From the NCBI GenBank assembly GCA_903837495.1, contig CAILUT010000059.1, positions 8,037-72,036 on the forward strand: a stretch of DNA of 64,000 nucleotides. Direction: 5' to 3'. The position numbers and the translations under genes are program-made. Origin of the DNA: an uncultured Flavobacteriales bacterium (lineage in GTDB: Bacteria; Bacteroidota; Bacteroidia; CAIKAF01). Below are positions 10,532 through 18,509 of this stretch, in pieces (position 1 is the first letter of the stretch; each line of letters begins with the position of its first letter). Below the pieces are notes generated by a model. The model was not told the DNA's origin. It was given only the letters and a program-made list of their open reading frames with translations, and did not search any database.

Positions 10532-11068
10532 TCAACACTCTTCTGTGTGCAGCATGTTTCTGGTCCGCAGTTCGCCCAAGGGGCCTTGCAATTGCTTTCG
10601 TGCTAAGAAGATTCGGCTTTTAATTGTGCCTAGGGGCAGGTGCATGATGTCGGCAATCTCTTTGTACTTGTAGCCTTCAAAATAAAGATTGAGTGGCACT
10701 TTGTACTCCTCACCCAACCGGTCAACCGCCGTAGTGATTTCCTGAACCTGATACATGGTATCTGGATACGAACCTTTGGTCGATTCCAACTTTGAGAGTC
10801 CTTTTCCTTCAGGACTTTCGTCCGATACTGTTTGGTTTCGGCTTTTCCGTCGGTATTCATTGATGAAGATGTTCTTCATTATGGTGCATAGCCATCCCTT
10901 CAAATTGGTATTGTCTATATACTTGCTTTTGTAGAGTAGGGCCTTTAACAAGGTTTCTTGCAATAGGTCTTCTGCGTCTGCGTCGTTTTTAGTTAGACTT
11001 AGGGCAAAATAATACAAGGGTTGCCTTAGGCGTACCAACTGAAAATCAAAGGAAGTTTGTGCGTCCAT
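10532..11068 (-). CDS. ECF-type RNA polymerase sigma-70 family factor (paralog 2)
   Basis: Clear paralog of the downstream gene (DLLQETLLKAL, WLCTIMKNIFINEYRR, YKEIADIMHLPLGTIKSRIFLARK). The track start at 11074 is a TTG. The ATG at 11068 (MDAQTSF) is more likely. Confidence 0.85.
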   Translation of the reverse strand: MDAQTSFDFQLVRLRQPLYYFALSLTKNDADAEDLLQETLLKALLYKSKYIDNTNLKGWLCTIMKNIFINEYRRKSRNQTVSDESPEGKGLSKLESTKGSYPDTMYQVQEITTAVDRLGEEYKVPLNLYFEGYKYKEIADIMHLPLGTIKSRIFLARKQLQGPLGELRTRNMLHTEEC

Positions 11069-11089
11069 GTTCAACTTTTACAGCATAAA

Positions 11090-11132
11090 GTTAAACAAAA
11101 ACTGTTTAACAAAAATCAAAAAAAGTTAAACA
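11090..11132. promoter_or_regulatory. three copies of 8-mer GTTAAACA/TGTTTAAC (candidate operator or promoter element)
   Basis: GTTAAACA at 11090-11097, its inverse TGTTTAAC at 11103-11110 (palindrome with a 5-nt spacer), and GTTAAACA again at 11125-11132. All lie between the poly-Pro uORF stop and the sigma start. Confidence 0.35.
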
Positions 11133-11143
11133 AGAGGTCTTGT

Positions 11144-11254
11144 CTATCCTATTTTTAGGAGTTGTTTTACAATAAACTGATTCTGAGGATTGTATTTTAC
11201 GGAATCTCGGTTCAGTTTATAGAGAGGCGGAGGCGGCGGAGGAGGAGGGGGCAT
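11144..11254 (-). CDS. candidate 36-codon upstream ORF MPPPPPPPPPLYKLNRDSVKYNPQNQFIVKQLLKIG
   Basis: An ATG is followed by nine Pro codons whose variation is confined to third positions (CCC CCT CCT CCT CCG CCG CCT CCG CCT). The frame stays open for 26 more codons to a TAG. It is below the 60-aa cutoff of the ORF track. Confidence 0.3.
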   Translation of the reverse strand: MPPPPPPPPPLYKLNRDSVKYNPQNQFIVKQLLKIG

Positions 11255-11453
11255 ATGCTCGAAAGCAGCTCATTCAAAAGTTCAGGAAGCCGTATTATGC
11301 AAGGTATAAGGGTGTTTTTGGCAACCGGTCTTTCTTGATTTAGGGAATGGCAGATGCTTAATTTGGGGGAAGGGGGTTAACAACCGGAAGGTGTTGTCTT
11401 TTCCAAGGGCACTTAGTAATGGGGTTGAGGGCTGCTTTCCTGGGAATTGGTGA

Positions 11454-12347
11454 TTAGGATAGCGTTTCGAGCAGTTCAGTCAAACTTTCAATAGAGGACA
11501 GGTGCAAAGCGCCTGGGTGCAGATTGTTTTTGATTTCGGGTGCTAGCGGACCGCAAATGCAGAGGGAAGAGTTTGGGAATTCGGTCTGCATTTTTTGGAT
11601 GTAGGTTTGGGTTTTGGTCAATCCTTGCCCTAGGGTGAAATAGGTTAAAAAATGGTCTGGTTTGTATTCTTTTGCCACGGCAATTAGGTCGGGAAGAGGA
11701 ACAGATTGCCCAAGGTAAAGAATGGGGAAACCCCTCATTCGAATCAAGTACTTAGCAAACAACAGACCGATTTCATGCAATTCTCCATCGGGTAAGAAGA
11801 GGATGAATCGTTCTTTTTTTGTAATTTTTCCAATGTTTGCATCAATGGCAACAATGAGTTTTCGGCGAATCAAATTGGTCATGAAATGTTCTTGGGCCAC
11901 ATTGATTTCGCCGGTACTCCATAAAATTCCTACTTTTTGAAGAAAAGGAATAATGAGGCGAATCATCACATTTTCGAAGCCATACCGAAGGGCACCGCTG
12001 CCTATTATTTTATCAAAATGAAACTCGTCTAAATCCAGCATTGCGACGACCAGAGCGTCAACTTGTACCGCGAAAAAATCGCCTTCGGTTGAGGTTTGGT
12101 GGGCCACGCGTTCCAATTCATTGCGAATTTCGGGGGTGCTCAGCTTAGAAATTTGAGAAATACGTTGGCCATTTTTGATGAGCACACTGATATTCAGCAG
12201 CGTTTTCAGGTGTTCATCGTCGTAGAAACGGATGTTGGTTTCGGTTCGGTGGGGCTCAATAAATTGGAATCGCTGTTCCCAAATCCGAATGGTATGGGCT
12301 TTAATGCCCGTAATTCGTTCAATTTCTTTAATGCTGTATTTGCCCAC
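11454..12347 (-). CDS. MerR-family transcriptional regulator with C-terminal cobalamin-binding domain (LitR/CarH-like)
   Basis: N-terminal MerR HTH (YSIKEIERITGIKAHTIRIWEQRF). The C-terminal B12-binding-type domain has an ExHxxG variant of the DxHxxG motif (GELHEIGLLFA). The start is GTG. Confidence 0.8.
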   Translation of the reverse strand: MGKYSIKEIERITGIKAHTIRIWEQRFQFIEPHRTETNIRFYDDEHLKTLLNISVLIKNGQRISQISKLSTPEIRNELERVAHQTSTEGDFFAVQVDALVVAMLDLDEFHFDKIIGSGALRYGFENVMIRLIIPFLQKVGILWSTGEINVAQEHFMTNLIRRKLIVAIDANIGKITKKERFILFLPDGELHEIGLLFAKYLIRMRGFPILYLGQSVPLPDLIAVAKEYKPDHFLTYFTLGQGLTKTQTYIQKMQTEFPNSSLCICGPLAPEIKNNLHPGALHLSSIESLTELLETLS

Positions 12348-12405
12348 CGGAAAGCTATTTAAACAAAAACAGCTACAAGCCCTTAATTGTTTAAAGGGTT
12401 TGGAT

Positions 12406-13659
12406 TTAGCGCATAGAGGCCTTAATGGTGTCTACCAAATCCAGTTTTTCCCAGGTAAACAATTCGACCTGTTTTACAATGGGGGCAGAATTAGGAACGG
12501 GGAATGTTTTGGTGATGGTTTCTGGTTTGCGCCCCATGTGTCCATAGGCTGCGGTTTCTTGATAAATAGGATTTCGGAGTTTCAATTTTGTTTCAATGGT
12601 GTAGGGTGTCATGTCAAATATGCCCAACAATCGTTCGGCAATTTGAGCGTCCGAGATGTTCACCTTAGATGTACCGTAGGTATTGACATACAGATTCATG
12701 GGATTTTTAACGCCAATGGCATAAGCAACTTGCACCAACACCTCATCGCAAATTCCTGCAGCGACTAGGTTTTTGGCTAGATAACGAACGGCATAGGCTG
12801 CTGATCGATCCACTTTGCTGGGGTCTTTTCCTGAAAATGCTCCCCCTCCGTGTGCGCCTTTGCCTCCATAGGTATCGACAATGATTTTGCGTCCGGTCAA
12901 ACCGGTATCTCCATGTGGTCCTCCAATAACGAACTTGCCGGTTGGATTGATGTGATAGATGATATTGTTATCAAAAAAGCTGTTGTATTGTTGGTATTGC
13001 TCCTTGATTCTTGGCATTACGTGGTTTAACACATCTTGTTTTATTTTGGCCAACATAACGGCTTCATCGGCATCAAAATCGTCGTGTTGGGTTGAAATAA
13101 CGATGGCTTTAATTCTTTTTGGTTTGTTGTCGTCGCCGTATTCTAGGGTTACTTGCGATTTTGAATCGGGTCGGAGGTAGGGCATGGGGCTGTTTTCCAT
13201 GCGGCGTAATTCGGCCAACACCTTAAGTAAGGCATGCGACATATCCAACGCCAAGGGCATATAATTAGCGGTTTCGTTGGTGGCATACCCAAACATCATA
13301 CCTTGGTCGCCGGCTCCTTGATCTTCGGGGTTCCCTCGATCAACACCTTGGCGAATATCGCCAGATTGTTCGTGTATGGCAGAAAGCACGCCACAGGAGT
13401 GTGCTTCAAACATATACTCACTTTTCGTGTAACCAATTTTGGCAATAACGCCCCGAGCAATTTCCTGTACATCGAGGTAAGCGGAGGAGTGAACTTCGCC
13501 GGCAAGTATAACCTGCCCGGTGGTTACCAAGGTTTCGCAGGCTACTTTAGATTGAGGGTCAAGGGCCAAGAAATGGTCTATGATGGCATCGGAAATTTGA
13601 TCTGCAATTTTATCGGGGTGTCCTTCGCTTACAGATTCAGATGTAAAAAAATAGGGCAT
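12406..13659 (-). CDS. metK: S-adenosylmethionine synthetase
   Basis: 417-aa ORF with hallmark motifs [27 protein letters not shown] and [19 protein letters not shown]. Confidence 0.97.
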   Translation of the reverse strand: MPYFFTSESVSEGHPDKIADQISDAIIDHFLALDPQSKVACETLVTTGQVILAGEVHSSAYLDVQEIARGVIAKIGYTKSEYMFEAHSCGVLSAIHEQSGDIRQGVDRGNPEDQGAGDQGMMFGYATNETANYMPLALDMSHALLKVLAELRRMENSPMPYLRPDSKSQVTLEYGDDNKPKRIKAIVISTQHDDFDADEAVMLAKIKQDVLNHVMPRIKEQYQQYNSFFDNNIIYHINPTGKFVIGGPHGDTGLTGRKIIVDTYGGKGAHGGGAFSGKDPSKVDRSAAYAVRYLAKNLVAAGICDEVLVQVAYAIGVKNPMNLYVNTYGTSKVNISDAQIAERLLGIFDMTPYTIETKLKLRNPIYQETAAYGHMGRKPETITKTFPVPNSAPIVKQVELFTWEKLDLVDTIKASMR

Positions 13660-13679
13660 GGTTTCTGTTTTAGATGTCG

Positions 13680-13687
13680 CAAATATA
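13680..13687 (-). promoter_or_regulatory. Bacteroidota -7 promoter box (TATATTTG) for metK
   Basis: The minus-strand TATATTTG matches the established TAnnTTTG consensus, 20 nt upstream of the metK ATG. Confidence 0.4.
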
Positions 13688-13726
13688 CATTATCGTTGCC
13701 ATTCAAGCGGCATAAAAAGGCTATGA

Positions 13727-14740
13727 TTACTTTAGGGATTCAACTAGGCGGTCTTGCATCTTTTCGGAAACCCAGGTTTGCCATTCGCCGGCCTCGTCGT
13801 AGATCAAGAAAACGCCTAGATCGGGATGGTTTTTAGAAAAGGCAATGGCGGGTTGTGTTCCCATGGCCAATAAGGCTGTGGCCATTGCATCGGCTTGGGC
13901 TGCTGTTCTGGCACTTACTGTAACGCTTACCAATTGGTGGCTTACGGGGAAGCCCGTCATCGGGTTTATAACATGTGCATATTTTTTGCTTCCTTTTTCA
14001 TAAAATTTCCGATAGCTCCCCGAGGTTGCCAATCCACCTTCCACCTTTACAATGGCCTGCAGCGTTCTGTCTTCGTTTTTAGAAACGGGCTTATCAATTC
14101 CAATTTTCCAATGTTCATTTTGTGGACTTCGGCCCCTGCAGCGCACCTCACCTCCAATTTCGACCATGTAGTTGTTGTGTCCATTCTTCTCTAAAAAATC
14201 CGCTACTACGTCCACCGAATACCCCTGGGCTATGGCGTTAAAATCAAGATTGACGCCCAACCCACGTGGGATAAGTAATTTCCGAAGGCTGTCGAATTGC
14301 AAAACCCGCTGCAAACCAACCAAATTTCGCACCTGATTTAAAACGAGGGTATCTACTTTTTCGGGAAATCCTTTTTTTGAAGAACCAAAGCCCCAAAATT
14401 GAATAAGGGGTCCCAAGCTAGGGTCAAAATATCCGTCCGATTGCCAATAATAATTTTCAGAGAGCTGCCAGCAATAAAGGGCATGTGGCCCCAAGGGCAG
14501 ATGGTGCTTCCCAGAATTCCAGGCTGAAATCCAAGACAGGCTGTCCCACAAGGACAGTTCCTTATCGATGCTTTTTAAGATGGAATCAATGGATGTGCTG
14601 TAATCGTTTTCTCCGTCCACTTCAATAAGAAAAGTGGTACCCTGGGCATAGCCCTTGTAGGTTGAAAATTCGTTTTGTTGTTTTTTGCCGCAGGCAAACA
14701 TCAAAATCAGGGTAAGGCTAGGCAGGAATAGGCGGTTCAT
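13727..14740 (-). CDS. apbE: FAD:protein FMN transferase (ApbE family lipoprotein)
   Basis: ApbE-like blocks (NAIAQGYSVD, ATSGSYRKF). The ATG at 14740 gives a lipobox (LILMFAC). The longer ORF starts at a TTG (14755). Confidence 0.87.
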   Translation of the reverse strand: MNRLFLPSLTLILMFACGKKQQNEFSTYKGYAQGTTFLIEVDGENDYSTSIDSILKSIDKELSLWDSLSWISAWNSGKHHLPLGPHALYCWQLSENYYWQSDGYFDPSLGPLIQFWGFGSSKKGFPEKVDTLVLNQVRNLVGLQRVLQFDSLRKLLIPRGLGVNLDFNAIAQGYSVDVVADFLEKNGHNNYMVEIGGEVRCRGRSPQNEHWKIGIDKPVSKNEDRTLQAIVKVEGGLATSGSYRKFYEKGSKKYAHVINPMTGFPVSHQLVSVTVSARTAAQADAMATALLAMGTQPAIAFSKNHPDLGVFLIYDEAGEWQTWVSEKMQDRLVESLK

Positions 14741-15623
14741 ATGGAAATGTTTCAACGGGTTCTACGTGAATCAAGACATCTTCAATCAGGGGCATTTGAG
14801 TTTTTATTTTATCTTTTAACGCATGCGCATGTGCATGGCCTTGGGCCACTGAAATTTCCGGGTCAACCCATACATGCAAATCCACAAAATACCGGGCGCC
14901 CAATTTCCGAATGCGGCAGGTAGGTATGCCTGATATAAAGGGGAGTTCTTGTCCAATTTCTAGGATTTCCTTGGCCATGGGATGGTATAAATCTTCATCC
15001 ATAAATTCACTAAAGGCCTTTCTGAAAATGCGGTAGGCATTGATCATCAAAGCGATAGCCGAAATAAAGGCTGCAGCTTCATCTAGCCATGCAAAATCGG
15101 GACCTAAAATCAAAGCTAAGCCAATTCCAATTAGGGCAGCGGCGGAGCTAAAGGCATCGGCACGGTGATGCCAAGCCTCGGCTTCAAGGATCGAACTTTG
15201 AATGCGCCTGGCCTTTGAACGAATGTACCGAAAGGAGCCTTCTTTGTAGGCCACGATGCCTACCAAGGCAATCAAGGTAAAGGGTTCGGGCAAGGTTTGG
15301 GGCTCTTGAAGGTTTGCATAGGCTTGAATGCCGATGCTGATTGCCGATATCATTAGAAAAAAAACCACCAAAAAAGTCAATAGAGCCTCAAAGCGTCCAT
15401 GCCCGTAGGGGTGATTTTCATCGGGTGGGCGTTGGGCATACCGCAAACCCAACCAGAGCATTAAGGAGCTTGCCGAATCTGTTGCCGACTCAATGGCGTC
15501 GGCAATTAAAGCAAAGGAATTGCCAAAAATTCCGACCAGGGCCTTTAGTGCAACCAGCACTAAATTGCTCAACAGACCAAAGAGCACTGCATTGTTGGTT
15601 GTATGTGTGTTTTGGATGCTCAT
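14718..15623 (-). CDS. cation diffusion facilitator family transporter
   Basis: 301-aa ORF with six TM segments, CDF metal-site motifs (LIADAIESATD, HHRADAFSS) and a C-terminal cytoplasmic domain. It overlaps the neighbouring genes at both ends. Confidence 0.87.
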   Translation of the reverse strand: MSIQNTHTTNNAVLFGLLSNLVLVALKALVGIFGNSFALIADAIESATDSASSLMLWLGLRYAQRPPDENHPYGHGRFEALLTFLVVFFLMISAISIGIQAYANLQEPQTLPEPFTLIALVGIVAYKEGSFRYIRSKARRIQSSILEAEAWHHRADAFSSAAALIGIGLALILGPDFAWLDEAAAFISAIALMINAYRIFRKAFSEFMDEDLYHPMAKEILEIGQELPFISGIPTCRIRKLGARYFVDLHVWVDPEISVAQGHAHAHALKDKIKTQMPLIEDVLIHVEPVETFPYEPPIPA

Positions 15624-17065
15624 GTTTTGGATTTCGCCTTCGGCTCAATGTCCCGCATTTGCAAATCCAATGCCACCAATACGGCCCCCATTGCCCAAAA
15701 AGGCACGGAAGCCTCATCGCTGTCCAGAAAGTTATTCAGTATAGCATGAATAAAATAGGTACATAGTCCCAGCAAAGCAGCATAGCCCAATATTCGTTCA
15801 TCGTAGCCTATTCCAGGCTTTTGAACCACCCGTACTCCGGTAACCAAAAACACGATGGCCAAAGAAATAAAGCTGAGCATACCGATTAGGCCTTGTTCCG
15901 ACAGGGCTAGAAAATATTCAGAGTGTGCTGTTCCAAGGCTTCCGAAATTCGTACTAATTACTGTCATTTCTTGGCTGCGTTGATAGGGAGCGTATTTTTG
16001 GGCATAGGTACCTGGTCCAAATCCAAGGAGGGGTTTTTCTTCAAACATTCTTATTGCGCAGTTCCAGCGAAGGATGCGTTCTACGTTGCTGGCATCGCTG
16101 CTAATGTTGGAGGCCGATTGGAAATGTTGAATCAGGTTGCCGCTGCTTTCCTGCTTGTTTTTTTCTAGGATCATTAGGAGTTCGGTTTGAAAGCTGAAAG
16201 CACCAATGAGGGTAGTCAGGATTGAGGCAAAAACAAGAGTCCAAGGAATTCGAAGCCGAACCAGGGCAAAAAAGCCCAGGGCCAACATAATGCTTAGCCA
16301 TGCTGCCCGCGAAATGGAAAGCACAAAACCCAGCATTAGGATTCCAAAAATCAGGAGCAAGCCTAGGCGCAGAAATCCGTTGAGCTGCTTACGAAAAAGC
16401 ACGGCAAACGTAAAAGGCAGAAACATAGCCAAAATGGCACCGTAATGGGTGTGGTCGTTGTAGAATGGGGACATTACCCAATGGGCAGGTTGTTTTGCAA
16501 AGCCGAACTGAGCATGGCGAAATATGGTATATACCACCACTCCACATAAGGGCAGCAGATAGGCCCAAAAAAAACGATGTATTTGCTTTTGTTGGGCGAA
16601 AATCTGAGCTCCAATAAAATAAAATGCCGTGATGAACCAAATCCGGGTTGCTAAAACCTTGAAGGAAGCCATGGGCAGAGTGCTGCTAAACGAGGTGATG
16701 AGCATCCATCCCAAATGAGCCAAAACCAGCAGGGTTGCGGGGTGCATCCAAAATGCCTTGCTGATGTTGCGTTCTAGCCACCACTTGGCATAAAACAATA
16801 AGGTCATGAGTAAAATCAGTCCTTCGGCAGGTAAACTTATCGCCATTCCCAAATCGGCTTCTTTGACTTCCAGCGACAAAGGGACCATAAAAACAGTGAA
16901 GAAAAAGAACTTTTCGAGGGAAGTAAATAGCCAAATGATTAAAACCAAGAGCACAGGCAGGGCCATAAACCAAAAAAATTCTGTGGCCACCAATGCTCCC
17001 TGAATGGCGGCCAATCCAATGGCAAACCAGAGCCAGAGCGGAAGCTGAACCCATTTTTTTTCCAT
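15620..17065 (-). CDS. O-antigen ligase/polymerase family membrane protein (Wzy_C-like)
   Basis: 481-aa polytopic membrane ORF with a large loop typical of O-antigen ligase-like proteins. It overlaps the CDF gene by 4 nt. Confidence 0.72.
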   Translation of the reverse strand: MEKKWVQLPLWLWFAIGLAAIQGALVATEFFWFMALPVLLVLIIWLFTSLEKFFFFTVFMVPLSLEVKEADLGMAISLPAEGLILLMTLLFYAKWWLERNISKAFWMHPATLLVLAHLGWMLITSFSSTLPMASFKVLATRIWFITAFYFIGAQIFAQQKQIHRFFWAYLLPLCGVVVYTIFRHAQFGFAKQPAHWVMSPFYNDHTHYGAILAMFLPFTFAVLFRKQLNGFLRLGLLLIFGILMLGFVLSISRAAWLSIMLALGFFALVRLRIPWTLVFASILTTLIGAFSFQTELLMILEKNKQESSGNLIQHFQSASNISSDASNVERILRWNCAIRMFEEKPLLGFGPGTYAQKYAPYQRSQEMTVISTNFGSLGTAHSEYFLALSEQGLIGMLSFISLAIVFLVTGVRVVQKPGIGYDERILGYAALLGLCTYFIHAILNNFLDSDEASVPFWAMGAVLVALDLQMRDIEPKAKSKT

Positions 17066-17069
17066 CTCT

Positions 17070-18089
17070 TTAGCCCTTATTTTCGGCTTCCTTGAAAAAT
17101 TGGATGTACTGGTATAACAATAAAAAAAGAGAGCCCAGAATCAAGCCTGAAAAGGCGGCTCCCAATGCAATGAGCAGTCTTTTTGGATAGGTTTTTGAAT
17201 CGGCCTCATAGGCAAAATCGATGGGCATAATTTGGGGAACAAAGCTTTCGGCATCGGTTTTAATTTCCTCTCTTTTGCGTTCCAACAATACCTTTTGTTC
17301 GGTAAGTAGATCTAATTCTGAGGATAAGGATAAGTAGGCTGAACCGTATTTCGATAGGGTATCCAGTTTTTCTTGTAGGGCGGCAATGGCGCGTTGATTT
17401 CCGCTGGCTACGGCAGAGGCATATTCCTTGTTCACCACCTCGGCCTGTGATTGGTAATCGTTGATTCCTTTGCTGCGGATTATTCCTAGGGAATCGGACA
17501 ACAAGTCAATGCGGTTTCCCAGTTCTGTATATTTCATTTCTACAACCAGCAAACCTTGCTGTGCGCGTTCTTGTTGAATTCTGTTTTTCATGGTGTCAAG
17601 CTTATGCACCAAATCATTGGCCATACCTGCGGCACGCTTAGGGTCAGTATCTAAAACCGAAATCTCGACCGAATTAAATTCAGTTCGGCGAAAGCTTACA
17701 TTTTCTTTGTATTTCCGCATCATTTTGGTTCGGGCCTTAGAAGATTTGGGGTCAATGTCGTAATGCTTCCACAAATCGTAGTTTGCAATGATGTATTCTC
17801 GGATTTCGTTTGCTTGCAAAATCTGAATCACCCGTTCTGCTTCTTCTTCTTCCCCATAGTCCAGAAAGTCTTTATCGGTTCCCCGGCCTGTGCTAACTAA
17901 GTTTGAGATGGATTGTGTAACGGCCGGATAAAAAACGGCCGTACCCGTGTATTTTGGTTTAATAAAAAAGGAAACGCCGAGGGCAATTAGGCCGCTCAGG
18001 CTTGAAATAATAAGCAGTTTTTTCCAATTTGTTGTTAAAAAATCAATGACTCCAGGGGAGGAGGTTGAAAATTGGGTTTGCGGATTCAT
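17070..18089 (-). CDS. polysaccharide chain-length determinant (Wzz-like) protein
   Basis: Two terminal TM helices flank a long coiled-coil periplasmic region. The ATG at 18089 (MNPQTQF) is preferred over the TTG at 18119. Confidence 0.68.
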   Translation of the reverse strand: MNPQTQFSTSSPGVIDFLTTNWKKLLIISSLSGLIALGVSFFIKPKYTGTAVFYPAVTQSISNLVSTGRGTDKDFLDYGEEEEAERVIQILQANEIREYIIANYDLWKHYDIDPKSSKARTKMMRKYKENVSFRRTEFNSVEISVLDTDPKRAAGMANDLVHKLDTMKNRIQQERAQQGLLVVEMKYTELGNRIDLLSDSLGIIRSKGINDYQSQAEVVNKEYASAVASGNQRAIAALQEKLDTLSKYGSAYLSLSSELDLLTEQKVLLERKREEIKTDAESFVPQIMPIDFAYEADSKTYPKRLLIALGAAFSGLILGSLFLLLYQYIQFFKEAENKG

Positions 18090-18210
18090 GCGTTCTTCTT
18101 TGAACACGAAGGTAGCCAAACAGTGCGATTTTCTTTTCTAGTTTGATTGAAATGATGCATGAAGTTGAGGTGTTGGCTTAAACTGTTTTGAGCAACGGTT
18201 TGGAATTGGG

Positions 18211-18354
18211 GTGCGGCAGGGATTGAGCAGGGTAGCGCGCAAACCGGTGGGGTATGGGGGCGCTAGGCGCGGAGGCGACTTTAGGAGCCCCCGCAAGCCA
18301 GCTGCCCCCAAACCCTACCGGTGCGTACTACCCGCGAAAGCCCGTCTGCCGCCC
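18211..18354 (+). repeat. GC-rich structured intergenic repeat, copy A
   Basis: The 5' end is GTGCGGCAGGGATTGA and the 3' end is GAAAGCCCGTCTGCCGCCC plus an A-rich tail. The central block is AGGCGACTTTAGGAGCC. Internal helices are complementary (see findings). Confidence 0.9.
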
Positions 18355-18509
18355 AAATTAAACGGGTCAATCAGACCGTACACTGCAACGCTGGCCTTTG
18401 TATTTTGGTTGGCAAAGTACGGTTGTAGGTACGCAAATTAGTTGGCTGAGCAAAATGGATGCAGTCCTTTGAAAGCTAAGCTGCAACGGGCCTAGACTGG
18501 CTAAAAGGG

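Noticed and set aside
13660-13726. A possible SAM riboswitch upstream of metK.
   Set aside because: Only 67 nt separate metK from the upstream apbE stop, and a TAnnTTTG promoter box sits 20 nt from the ATG. There is no room for an aptamer and no conserved SAM-box sequence.
12232-13836. Long antisense ORFs (178 aa at 12232..12768 and 200 aa at 13234..13836) opposite the MerR and metK genes.
   Set aside because: They lie opposite highly conserved genes, show no recognisable motifs and have biased composition. These are typical shadow ORFs.
18211-18441. 76-aa ORF (MRQGLSRVARKPVGYGGARRGGDFRSPRKPAAPK...) and its look-alikes at 32453..32740, 32395..32718, 32585..32884 and 37103..37486. They could be taken for a small Arg/Pro-rich protein family.
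   Set aside because: They lie entirely on the GC-rich repeat copies. The similarity breaks frame between copies, because indels are not multiples of 3 and the KARLPPK-encoding end is in a different frame in copy C. There are no consistent start codons. The conservation pattern is paired (structural) rather than showing third-position wobble.
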